Shown here piece after piece: positions 1 through 8,632 of a stretch of 64,000 nt of DNA. The DNA is from a virus. The notes beneath the pieces are model-generated. The model was not told the DNA's origin and searched no databases. It was given only the letters and a program-made list of their open reading frames with translations. The stretch covers positions 16,668-80,667 of the IMG/VR virus record IMGVR_UViG_3300028423_001161, one strand, 5' to 3'. Positions within the stretch are counted from its first letter, which is position 1. Each line of letters starts with the position of its first letter. The translations under genes were made by a program, and so were the position numbers.

Positions 1-1773
1 AGGCACACGACCTGTGAGTGCCACAGGAGGATGCGTATCATCGTTGCCTGCTGACTGGTTCATCAAGTATGCAGGATCTGTGGAGATAACACCTGCCACT
101 GCATGATGTGCACTGTGTGCACACACTGTGATTTCTTTGTCACCGCCAAAGCACACCACTGTGCCTGGTTCAATCACAGTGTCTGCTTCATAGCGTTCCG
201 CAACGTCAGCATACTGTGCTTGTGTTGCTGTAGCAGTGATAGTGCCTGCGCTGAAGTTGCCGCTGCCGTCACGTTCAACAATGGTGTTGCCTGTGTTAGC
301 ACTGGTAGCAGTGGTGCGGTCATTGCTGAGAGTACCTGTGGTAATCACACTAGCATCAAACTCATCAGTGAGGTCTTCGATGCGATCGTTAACTGCAGCC
401 GCAGTCATCAACACTGTGTCCGAATCTGCAAATGTTTCTGCACCTGTTTGAATAGCTGCATCAGCAAAGTCACCAACCACCAGTTCTGGTAAGCGTGCAC
501 TTGCCAGTGTGCCTGTGCTGATGTTGCCAGCATCAAGACTACTCAGTGCGCTACCGTTGCCTGCAAACACACCATCTGCAGTGATGTTGTTGAATGTGAC
601 ATTGTCTCCTGTGCTAACTGCTTGACCAATAGCAACTTCGCCGTCGGTGATGGTTACGCCTAGACCGCCGCTGAAATGTGCACGTGCCTCTGCTGCACTT
701 GGGCCAGTGTAGGTGAATACACCAGAGCCGCTGTTGTAGCTGAGCGAACCGTCGCCACCAGCATCGTTGACACTTACCAAACCACGCACTTCGCTGTCTG
801 TGCGTTCTGTGAAGCTGAATACACCGGTGCTGTTGTTGTAGCTTAAGTCTCCGCTGGCACTGACAGCGTCTCTTGCACGGCTATCGGTGTAGTAGAGGTT
901 TGTGCCTTCGGCAAGGTCTGTGGTGCTGGTAGCCAAATCAAAGTTTGTGCTACCATCGTTGGTGAATCGCCATTTGTCCTGACTTTCGTCCCAGAACACG
1001 CTCACATTGTCGAGATCGCCGCGCTCAACTTCCATGCCTGCATCAGCAGAAGGAGCCCCGCCTGTGTAATCACTGTTGAGTGTGATGATGTTGTCTGCTA
1101 CTTTGAGCTCTTCGGTGTTCACTGTGGTGGTTGTACCACTAACTGTCAAGTTACCGCTTACTGTAACATCATTAAACGAAACATCGTCGTCTGTGGCTAC
1201 ACCTTGTCCAATTGAGATTGTTCCGCTGGCGTATGTAACACCTGTGCCACCTGATAGATGTGCATCAACACGACCATCTGTGTAGTACAAGTTGATGTTG
1301 CCTTCTGTGATACCGTCTGTGGTAACACTTGGATCGTCTGCAACTGCTACTGCGTTGCCGCCAAACTGCAAACCACCGCCAACCACGCTAAGTGACACGC
1401 CATCAATGAAGATGGTTTCGGCGCCCACATAGAGATCTTTCCACACATTGGTGGGCGAACCTAGGCTGAAGGTGTTGTTGGCACTGGGTACCAGGTTGCC
1501 TGTCAAACTCTCATAGTTGATGCTGAGGTTTGCTGAGCCCTCTGTTACACCGCCCAATAGGCCCGAATTGCTGTCTGTGGTAATTGATGTAACGGCGTTG
1601 CCGCTGAACTCTGTGAGTTCTGAAAATCTTGCAAGGCGTTCACCGCCTGCTGTGCTACCATCGTGTACAATGATGGTATTGAGATCTGTATCGACGGTAA
1701 TTTCGCCCGACAAGCCTGTGAAATTGGCATGTTGTGCGGTACTACCTCGTCTTCGTTGAATTGCTGTTGCCAT
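1..1773 (-). CDS. Tail fibre protein (3' end outside window), with Mtd_N-like N-terminus and C-terminal peptidase G2-like intramolecular chaperone
   Basis: Absent from the ORF track because it runs off the edge; both ends translated by hand. ATG at 1773 gives MATAIQRRRGSTAQHANFTGLSGEITVDTDLNTIIVHDGSTAGG (Mtd N-terminal-type motif). It has TTDLAEGTNLYYTD repeats and ends at the window edge in AQYADVAERYEAD..EPGTVV..VAGVISTDPAYLMN..VALTGRVP. GATAAATA lies upstream at 1811-1818. Confidence 0.8.
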   Translation of the reverse strand, partial: MATAIQRRRGSTAQHANFTGLSGEITVDTDLNTIIVHDGSTAGGERLARFSELTEFSGNAVTSITTDSNSGLLGGVTEGSANLSINYESLTGNLVPSANNTFSLGSPTNVWKDLYVGAETIFIDGVSLSVVGGGLQFGGNAVAVADDPSVTTDGITEGNINLYYTDGRVDAHLSGGTGVTYASGTISIGQGVATDDDVSFNDVTVSGNLTVSGTTTTVNTEELKVADNIITLNSDYTGGAPSADAGMEVERGDLDNVSVFWDESQDKWRFTNDGSTNFDLATSTTDLAEGTNLYYTDSRARDAVSASGDLSYNNSTGVFSFTERTDSEVRGLVSVNDAGGDGSLSYNSGSGVFTYTGPSAAEARAHFSGGLGVTITDGEVAIGQAVSTGDNVTFNNITADGVFAGNGSALSSLDAGNISTGTLASARLPELVVGDFADAAIQTGAETFADSDTVLMTAAAVNDRIEDLTDEFDASVITTGTLSNDRTTATSANTGNTIVERDGSGNFSAGTITATATQAQYADVAERYEADTVIEPGTVVCFGGDKEITVCAHSAHHAVAGVISTDPAYLMNQSAGNDDTHPPVALTGRVP

Positions 1774-1810
1774 TGTGTTATACCCCGAGTATAAAGTGCG
1801 TATTTGCAAG

Positions 1811-1818
1811 TATTTATC
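1811..1818 (-). promoter_or_regulatory. Late promoter GATAAATA
   Basis: Variant of the T4 late consensus TATAAATA; intergenic and upstream of the fibre gene; gp55 is encoded in the window. Confidence 0.75.
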
Positions 1819-1822
1819 AAAA

Positions 1823-3136
1823 CTATCTAATAAGCATGAGATCTAGCTCGTCACTGATAGATTTTATTTTGATCCATGATTTTCCCACAGTTTGTCCTTT
1901 GTACACAGGTACTGTGCCCAACAAACATACTGCAGCCCAAGAACTTCTCTGGTGTCTACCTTGATATTCCTGTTGTGTTTGGTGTGCGCTGTTGATCATT
2001 GATGTAGATAAGTCGTTGCCGTCGGCATCTGTTTCTGTGATCACGGCATTTTCAGGCAATGCAAATGTGCTGGGTAGACTGTGTGCAAAATGGCTTTTTA
2101 GCTGAGTTGTTTCTGTTTCCAGCCATTCTACAACATGATATTTGCCTTGTGTTTTTCTGCCAAACTGATCCTGAAAATATTTGTTTTTCCAATGATTCCA
2201 TTGACTGTTTGCTACTAGTGCTGCATGTGGCACTACAACGCCAACCACAGCATCTCCTTCGTTTGCTACAACCAACTCTCCTTCAGCGTTGATTGCAACT
2301 GTGAATCCTGTTCTATCTTCTCCGCGATGATTTCCATCGGCCCACTCAAACATTTCTGCATAGCCTGTGGGGTTTGAATAGTACGTGCCGTTTGCAAACA
2401 CATCGCCTTGACCACTCACACGATGTGTCACTGTGCTAGCATCATTGCTTTCTGACACAACTTCCATTGCATTCCAGTGACCGGACTGAGGCGAAATAGA
2501 TGTGAGCTGTAAAAGTGTGCTGTCAAAGTTTCTGCTGGGGCTGTGAATCATGCCGCCGACATTTTCAGGATCACGATGATACACGCTGAAACTGGCATTG
2601 TTGATTTTTTGCATGGAGCCTATGCTGACTGCACCGTCACTGAACACATTGAAGCCTTGCCGATTCATACGACTCACTGCTCTCAGAGAGAAACTGAGAT
2701 CATCGTCTCCGTCGCCCTCCACAATGAGACCTCGTGTGCTGAAATCTCCACTGGTTGGCAAGGTGGCTTCGCTGGCTCCGCCGGCACGAATATGTGTGCT
2801 GCCCTTGCCATGACTGCGAGGGGCACGAGTGCCTACACCCAGTTGTCCGTTTTTGCCAATCAACAACACAGTGTTGTCACCTCGACAAAATTGTAGGCCG
2901 TCTTCGTCGGCTGTCACTGAATATTTGTGTTCGCCTTTGCTCATGGCAATGCGGTTCTGCTGTGCTTCGCTGGTCTGTCTTAGCGTGCTCACAGCACTAT
3001 TGAGCTTTTGCTCAAACTGCTCTGTGAGTTCTTCTAACACAGTATTTTTGATCTCTGCAGTGAGCTTGGTTAAATCTACAGTTGACTGTGTGGATTTTTT
3101 CTTGGAAGCAGTTTTCTTTTTCTTTGATGTGCTCAT
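1823..3136 (-). CDS. Tail spike/fibre-like protein with peptidase G2 (IMC autoproteolytic) domain
   Basis: GYAEMFEWADGNHRGEDRTGFTV...VVGVV...WAAVCLLGTVPV resembles the phi29 gp12-type chaperone domain. The middle is beta-rich and the N-terminus is basic/coiled-coil. Confidence 0.7.
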   Translation of the reverse strand: MSTSKKKKTASKKKSTQSTVDLTKLTAEIKNTVLEELTEQFEQKLNSAVSTLRQTSEAQQNRIAMSKGEHKYSVTADEDGLQFCRGDNTVLLIGKNGQLGVGTRAPRSHGKGSTHIRAGGASEATLPTSGDFSTRGLIVEGDGDDDLSFSLRAVSRMNRQGFNVFSDGAVSIGSMQKINNASFSVYHRDPENVGGMIHSPSRNFDSTLLQLTSISPQSGHWNAMEVVSESNDASTVTHRVSGQGDVFANGTYYSNPTGYAEMFEWADGNHRGEDRTGFTVAINAEGELVVANEGDAVVGVVVPHAALVANSQWNHWKNKYFQDQFGRKTQGKYHVVEWLETETTQLKSHFAHSLPSTFALPENAVITETDADGNDLSTSMINSAHQTQQEYQGRHQRSSWAAVCLLGTVPVYKGQTVGKSWIKIKSISDELDLMLIR

Positions 3137-3153
3137 GTGTGCCTTTTGTTGTG

Positions 3154-3984
3154 TTATGTTACGCTAATGGTGTTTCGATCTTGCACTCGCCGCCAATTGG
3201 TTCCATCGTAAAATGCCATGGTAGATCCCCCAACATCGTTGCTCACAAATGCCATGTCACCTGCCGTTGCAGTTGTAAGAGACTCTAGTTCAGCTACAGT
3301 ATAACTATCGTGCGCAACAAGTTTACGAGCGTCTTCTTGAATGCCACCGTAATCCAATACTGTGGTTGACTCTTCTGTGATAACACCGTAGTCTTCAACT
3401 GGATCGCTGAGATCAGCAAAACTGATGTTACCTGCACCATCGGTTTGAAGTACTTGGTTAGCTATGCCATCTAAAGTAGGTAGGGTATAACTATTGTTGA
3501 TAGTAACGTTGGCACCGTCTACACGAAATACTTCGCTGACATTGTTGGCATTGTATATCTTGAACACAGGATCTGTGCCTGTGTTGTTGTCTCTGACACG
3601 CACCACTGTGCCTGTGCCGTTGCTGTGCTTGACGTCCAAAAATGCGCCGGAGTAGTTGATGGCTGGATTGGTTCCCAATCTCAAGCTACCGTTCACAAAC
3701 AGTTTTTCGTTGCTGCTGGTAGATCCGATACTGACTGTATCGTTGCTGCTGTCCACATACAGCGTGCCGTTGTCCACATTGAGATCCGTGAACTGTTCGC
3801 TAATGTTTAGCCAGGAGTTGCCTTCATATTGGAGAATGCCTACATTTGCTGAATCAATGTATAGGTCCCCCGCTGTTGCACCTTCTGTGGAGGGCGCAGA
3901 CCCTGTGATTATGCGGTTACCACTGTTTTTACCAATCTTAAATTCAGATTGAGTGGTACCTTTGAAATTACCAAAAATAGCCAT
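3154..3984 (-). CDS. Virion structural/fibre-associated protein
   Basis: 276 aa with fibre-like motifs (GDLYIDS, LFVNGSLRLG, NQVLQTDGAGNISF, MAFYDGTNWRRV); GGAG RBS and upstream late promoter. Confidence 0.6.
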   Translation of the reverse strand: MAIFGNFKGTTQSEFKIGKNSGNRIITGSAPSTEGATAGDLYIDSANVGILQYEGNSWLNISEQFTDLNVDNGTLYVDSSNDTVSIGSTSSNEKLFVNGSLRLGTNPAINYSGAFLDVKHSNGTGTVVRVRDNNTGTDPVFKIYNANNVSEVFRVDGANVTINNSYTLPTLDGIANQVLQTDGAGNISFADLSDPVEDYGVITEESTTVLDYGGIQEDARKLVAHDSYTVAELESLTTATAGDMAFVSNDVGGSTMAFYDGTNWRRVQDRNTISVT

Positions 3985-4059
3985 GTTGTCTCCGGTCAGT
4001 TCAGTGTGCGTTTTTGCACACTGTCTAGGAAATGCTTCCTAGTCGTGTTCCGTCTAAAC

Positions 4060-4067
4060 TATTTATC
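4060..4067 (-). promoter_or_regulatory. Late promoter GATAAATA
   Basis: Exact motif upstream of the 3984 start. Confidence 0.75.
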
Positions 4068-4080
4068 TATAACTGGTATT

Positions 4081-4590
4081 TTATGCTGGTGTTGGCTCTA
4101 GATGATGTATTTCATCCATAATATCCAGTATGGCCTGAAAACATCTAGTAGCACCGGGTAGTAGCTCTTTGCGATGTCTGTACTGTTCTAACACCATTAG
4201 ACAATCTTTGCGATTCTCCCATTCTAGATGTGCTGTAGGATAATCTGAAAGCCTGCGTTTGAGTATTTCTCCGCCCATGAGATGCGCACCCAACAACACA
4301 TAGGTGGCACCGTCGATGTCTTCGGGTGTTTTTAGGCTGCTGGCAAACTGCTTGGCTGCGTTCACAGATTCCGCATGCTTGTAAGAGGATAGGTCTTGCA
4401 GTAGAGCATGTACTCGAACAGCGCATTCTGGCACATGTGCATCAATCACACAGTGTATGGTGTACAGTGCGCTAAGCCACTTGCTATAGACTTCGGGACT
4501 GGGATTTCCTGCTGCCATCAGTTGACCCACAGGGTGATCTTCACAGGCTTGGTGTAATTCTCTGGTGTTTTGCCACAGATATCCTGGCAT
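4081..4590 (-). CDS. Heme oxygenase-like protein
   Basis: Proximal-helix motif TRELHQACE and distal-helix-like GATYVLLGAHLMGGEILKRRL (compare YVxEGSxLGG); C-terminal GATRCF; AGGAGA RBS. Confidence 0.7.
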   Translation of the reverse strand: MPGYLWQNTRELHQACEDHPVGQLMAAGNPSPEVYSKWLSALYTIHCVIDAHVPECAVRVHALLQDLSSYKHAESVNAAKQFASSLKTPEDIDGATYVLLGAHLMGGEILKRRLSDYPTAHLEWENRKDCLMVLEQYRHRKELLPGATRCFQAILDIMDEIHHLEPTPA

Positions 4591-4655
4591 TGTGATTCTC
4601 CTGGATTATATGGAAATAGTTATACTTTGGTACTATTTCAACTAAGAGATATTGG

Positions 4656-7600
4656 CTACACCATCACTTCAACAACGCCGCTTCCTGATGAAGCATGTGA
4701 AGTCAGTGCTTTGCCAATGATAGCACATGCAGGTACACTTGTTGGGTCTTGTGCAACACATGCATAGCCCGAGCGTTCGCAGGTTACTAGCACTTCGCCT
4801 TTGTGCACAGGACCTTGTACTTTCACTGGCACACGACCTCTGAGTGCAAGTGCAACAACCTTTTTGCCTTTGAGCTTGCTGTTCATCAAGTGTGCTGGGT
4901 CTGTGCTCACTACACCTGCAACACGTGTGTCGCAGTGAACGTCTGTGGTGGTGACTTCTGCATCGCCACCGATGATCAGCACAGTGCCTGGTTCATACTC
5001 ACGATCTGCCAGATAGTTCTCAGCCAAGTCAGCATACTGTGCTTGTGTGGCAGTAGCTGTGACCACGTTGGCTGCAAAACTGCCGTTGACATCTCTGACA
5101 ACCACTTTGTTTGCCTCAGAACTACTGGTTGCGTCAACTGCCCAGGTTGTGGCTGTGTCACCGTTGAAGTCTGAACCTGTGAGGTATGTGCCGCGTGTAA
5201 GAGTTTCTGTGGTGTTAGCAGTGATAGTATTTGTATCACCTAGGTCAAACTCAACGCCGTTCACAGTGATGCTGCTGTTGCTAATGCTGTCATTGGGCAC
5301 ACTGCTCAGGAAGAACTGACCGGTGCTCACATTGTAATCAACGCCGGTGCTGGTGTCTGCACTCACAGCATTTCTAGTGCGTGTATCTGTATGGTAGAGG
5401 TTAGCACCTTCTGGCAGATCATCGGTGCTGAACGCGCTCATGTCCACACTGATGTTATCAGCATCTGATATGACGCCTGTGCCTGCTCCAATGTCCAAGG
5501 TAACTGCACCCGATGTGCCGCCGCCTACCAGACCGTTGCCTGCAGTTACACTGCTGATGTCACCGATTTCTGTAACAGAAAACTCACCGGTGTTGGCATC
5601 GTAGCTCAGTGGACTGGTAGCACTGAACAGATCTCTGACATCTGATTCACTGATAGTAGTTGTATCAAATACACCTGTACTATTGCTGTATGAGATGTTG
5701 GCCACTGCAAACACATTGCCATTGGCAGGCGGTGTCTGTGTTAGACTTACACTATCACGTGCACGGCTATCTGTGTAATACTGATTTGTGCCTTCAGTTA
5801 AGTCAGTGGTAGTTTTGCCAGAGAAGTCTGTGTCGAAATCTGTGCTCTTGTAGGTGGTTACTGAGAATACACCTGTGGCATTGCTATATAACAAATCGCC
5901 TGAAGCACTCACGCTATCGCGTACACGATCATCTGTGTAGTAGAGATTGGTGTTGCCTTCAGAGAGGTCGTCTGTGTCAAATGCTGTCATGTCCACATTG
6001 AGTGTGACATTTCCTGCAACACCACCGCCTGTGAGACCTGTGCCTGCTATCACTGCAGTGATGTCTGCATCATTGTCATTGGCAATAGTAACCACATTGC
6101 CTACATTGGTTACAGTGATATTAGTACCACCCTGTATGGTCAATGTCTCACCACTGGTAACACTGTGATCTACATTTGATTCTGTGGCAATGTTCCAGCT
6201 ACTGTAATTGTCAGCTGTGGTTGATATTTCACCAGTGGTACTGTTGTAGTTTATTAATCCTGCGCCGCTCAACAATCCACGTATAGTGCTTTGGCTAGGG
6301 CCAGCATAGGTAAACACACCAGTACTATTGTTGTAACTGAGACTGCCGAGGCCGCTTGTAGCAGAATCAAACTGCTCACGGATACTGCTGATGTTAGCAT
6401 CCACAGTGATCACATTGCTGGCTTCACTGATATCTAAATAGCTACCAGCGGCAATACTCTTGATGCCGTGAATTTTACTTGCTTCAACTGATGGGGTTGA
6501 CAATAATGCTTGGTAAGATAGATAAGTGTAAGTTGTTTGTATACCTTTGCCGCCAGCTTGATCTTGGGTATCTAAACCAGAAACTGCAAAATTAAAAATA
6601 TCACCAGGAGTAGTCTGAATAGGACCGGTAGTAAAATATGTATCGCCATAAGGGATGCCGGGCTCATCACGATCGTCAACTTGTTGATATAATAAAGATC
6701 CATTTTTGTAAACTTGTAGTGTGATTCTTTGGCCATTCGAGTCGCCTTGCTGCTCCAACATTACAGATAGTTCAGCATATGAAACATTTGCAGGAGTAAC
6801 AAAGCTATTTCCTACTACAATGTTGCTAGTATCAAAAATACTACTAAATCCAGTAATATTACCATCTACAACAATGTTAGCTGATATTCCTACCTTAGCT
6901 GCTATAAGACTTTGTGTAACTGACGCACTTGAACCAGGTACTTCTCTAGACCCAGCATACAAGTTAATACCTGCGGCGCCTACATCTTCTACATCACCAA
7001 CTAACGAAGCAGGTGTAATTTCTAAATTTGTATCATTGATTCTAATAAAGGCTTGACTGTTAGCAGAGTCGTAGAATATAGCACCATTAGATGTTGCACC
7101 AGTGTTTGGTATAACTAGTTCGCCAGTAAATGTCTTAGTGTTTGCTAAACTTTGATCGCCTGTGGTCCTAACTACAGTGTTGTCTACACTGATCACGCCA
7201 TTGGCAAAGTCTACACCGTCGCCACCTGAGATATAGTTTTCCACTCTCTGATCGGTATAATAGAGATTGCTGACGCCTTCTAAGATGTTATCAGTGTCTA
7301 ATGTGACCACACCTGTTTCACCGTTCACACTGTCCACGTTGGCAGTGATGCTGGTCAAGTATGCGTCCATTGCAGCATTGGCTCTGGCATCTGTGTAGTA
7401 GAGATTGGCATTGCCTTCTGCTAGATCATCTGTGCTTGTAGGCATCAAGAAATAGTTGACACCGTCGTTGCTGAACTCCCAGGTTTGTCCAGTGGCATCC
7501 CATCTGATGTTAGGTTTGTTAGCGTAGTTGCCGTCAACAAAAATCTGTGCATCCACACCTCCTACTAGATGACTGTCTATGCGACTTGTGGTAAAGTATA

Positions 7601-8513
7601 GGTTGGCATTGCCTTCTGATAAATCATCGGTGGTTTTATCTGCAAAGTCTGTGTCAAAGTCACTGCTTTTATAAGTGGTCACTGAGAACACACCGTTGGC
7701 ACTGTCATAGCTGATATCGCCTGAAGCACTGACGTTGCTGCGCACACGTTCAGTGGTGTAGTAGAGGTTTGCACCTTCAGACAAATCAGTGGTGCTGTGA
7801 TTTGAAATATCTGTGACTTGGCCAGTTACTGTGCCGGTTACATTGCCAGTGACATCACCCGTGACTGCACCAATCACATTGCCCGTGAACTCTGCATCTG
7901 TGCCGTCTGTGCCATTGCTGAGTATCACAGTGCCATTGTCAGCTTTTACATGACCAATGACATTTGCTTCAATGTCACTTGCGCTGGCTGTGCCAATGCT
8001 GATGCTGTTTGCTACAATAGTATCAAACTGCACATTGGCATCAGTGCCTACATTTTGACCTATGGAAATTTCTCCTGTGCTTGAATTGTAAACTACACCT
8101 GTGCCTCCACTGATGTTTGAACGCACTCTCTGTGCAGTGAAGTATAAATTTGTGCCTTCTAATAAATCAGTTGTGGTGTGGTTGGAAATATCTGTGACCT
8201 GGCCAGTTACCGTGCCTGTGACATCACCAACAATATTTGCTTCGATGTCTCCTGATACTGCAATAGCTTCACTGAAATCTATGCTGCCGCCATCAGTGTA
8301 AGAAATAATTGCATTTGAATTTGCACCTTGTAGAACCAACTTTGCTGTGTTGCTATCAGCATCGCTGTTGATTGTGAGGCTGTCGCCTTCCAATAGCGTT
8401 TGTGATTCTACAATGGTGATATCACGCTGAACAAATTCCCCTTCGACAGTGAGTTTGCCCTGTACTACTAGTTCTTCGTCAGAGTTGATATATGTGCGTT
8501 TTTTTATAGACAT
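4656..8513 (-). CDS. Long tail fibre protein with TDDLxEGxxNLYYT repeats and C-terminal autocleaving chaperone
   Basis: 1285 aa with about 8 copies of T(T/D)DLxEG-NLY(Y/F)T, AGxGLxGGG repeats, and C-terminal AQYADLAENY..EPGTV..VAGVVSTDPAHLMN..LRGRVPVKV. Confidence 0.8.
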   Translation of the reverse strand: MSIKKRTYINSDEELVVQGKLTVEGEFVQRDITIVESQTLLEGDSLTINSDADSNTAKLVLQGANSNAIISYTDGGSIDFSEAIAVSGDIEANIVGDVTGTVTGQVTDISNHTTTDLLEGTNLYFTAQRVRSNISGGTGVVYNSSTGEISIGQNVGTDANVQFDTIVANSISIGTASASDIEANVIGHVKADNGTVILSNGTDGTDAEFTGNVIGAVTGDVTGNVTGTVTGQVTDISNHSTTDLSEGANLYYTTERVRSNVSASGDISYDSANGVFSVTTYKSSDFDTDFADKTTDDLSEGNANLYFTTSRIDSHLVGGVDAQIFVDGNYANKPNIRWDATGQTWEFSNDGVNYFLMPTSTDDLAEGNANLYYTDARANAAMDAYLTSITANVDSVNGETGVVTLDTDNILEGVSNLYYTDQRVENYISGGDGVDFANGVISVDNTVVRTTGDQSLANTKTFTGELVIPNTGATSNGAIFYDSANSQAFIRINDTNLEITPASLVGDVEDVGAAGINLYAGSREVPGSSASVTQSLIAAKVGISANIVVDGNITGFSSIFDTSNIVVGNSFVTPANVSYAELSVMLEQQGDSNGQRITLQVYKNGSLLYQQVDDRDEPGIPYGDTYFTTGPIQTTPGDIFNFAVSGLDTQDQAGGKGIQTTYTYLSYQALLSTPSVEASKIHGIKSIAAGSYLDISEASNVITVDANISSIREQFDSATSGLGSLSYNNSTGVFTYAGPSQSTIRGLLSGAGLINYNSTTGEISTTADNYSSWNIATESNVDHSVTSGETLTIQGGTNITVTNVGNVVTIANDNDADITAVIAGTGLTGGGVAGNVTLNVDMTAFDTDDLSEGNTNLYYTDDRVRDSVSASGDLLYSNATGVFSVTTYKSTDFDTDFSGKTTTDLTEGTNQYYTDSRARDSVSLTQTPPANGNVFAVANISYSNSTGVFDTTTISESDVRDLFSATSPLSYDANTGEFSVTEIGDISSVTAGNGLVGGGTSGAVTLDIGAGTGVISDADNISVDMSAFSTDDLPEGANLYHTDTRTRNAVSADTSTGVDYNVSTGQFFLSSVPNDSISNSSITVNGVEFDLGDTNTITANTTETLTRGTYLTGSDFNGDTATTWAVDATSSSEANKVVVRDVNGSFAANVVTATATQAQYADLAENYLADREYEPGTVLIIGGDAEVTTTDVHCDTRVAGVVSTDPAHLMNSKLKGKKVVALALRGRVPVKVQGPVHKGEVLVTCERSGYACVAQDPTSVPACAIIGKALTSHASSGSGVVEVMV

Positions 8514-8546
8514 TGATATTCTCGCTGTGCGCTTTTGCTATGCAAC

Positions 8547-8554
8547 TATTTATC
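8547..8554 (-). promoter_or_regulatory. Late promoter GATAAATA
   Basis: Exact motif between the capsid terminator and the fibre start at 8513. Confidence 0.75.
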
Positions 8555-8581
8555 AGTTTTGCTGTTTGAATTTTCGGTCAT

Positions 8582-8609
8582 AAAAAAGCCCCTGCGAACA
8601 GGGGCTTTT
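8582..8609 (-). terminator. Rho-independent terminator after the major capsid gene
   Basis: The minus strand reads AAAAGCCCCTG-TTCG-CAGGGGCTTTTTT: a GC stem, UUCG loop and U tract. Confidence 0.9.
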
Positions 8610-8632
8610 GTTTCCAACAAAGAAACTAGTTC

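Noticed and set aside
1-1773. Diversity-generating retroelement, suggested by the Mtd_N-like domain
   Set aside because: No reverse transcriptase and no adenine-specific TR/VR pair were seen in the window; the domain is a common fibre anchor.
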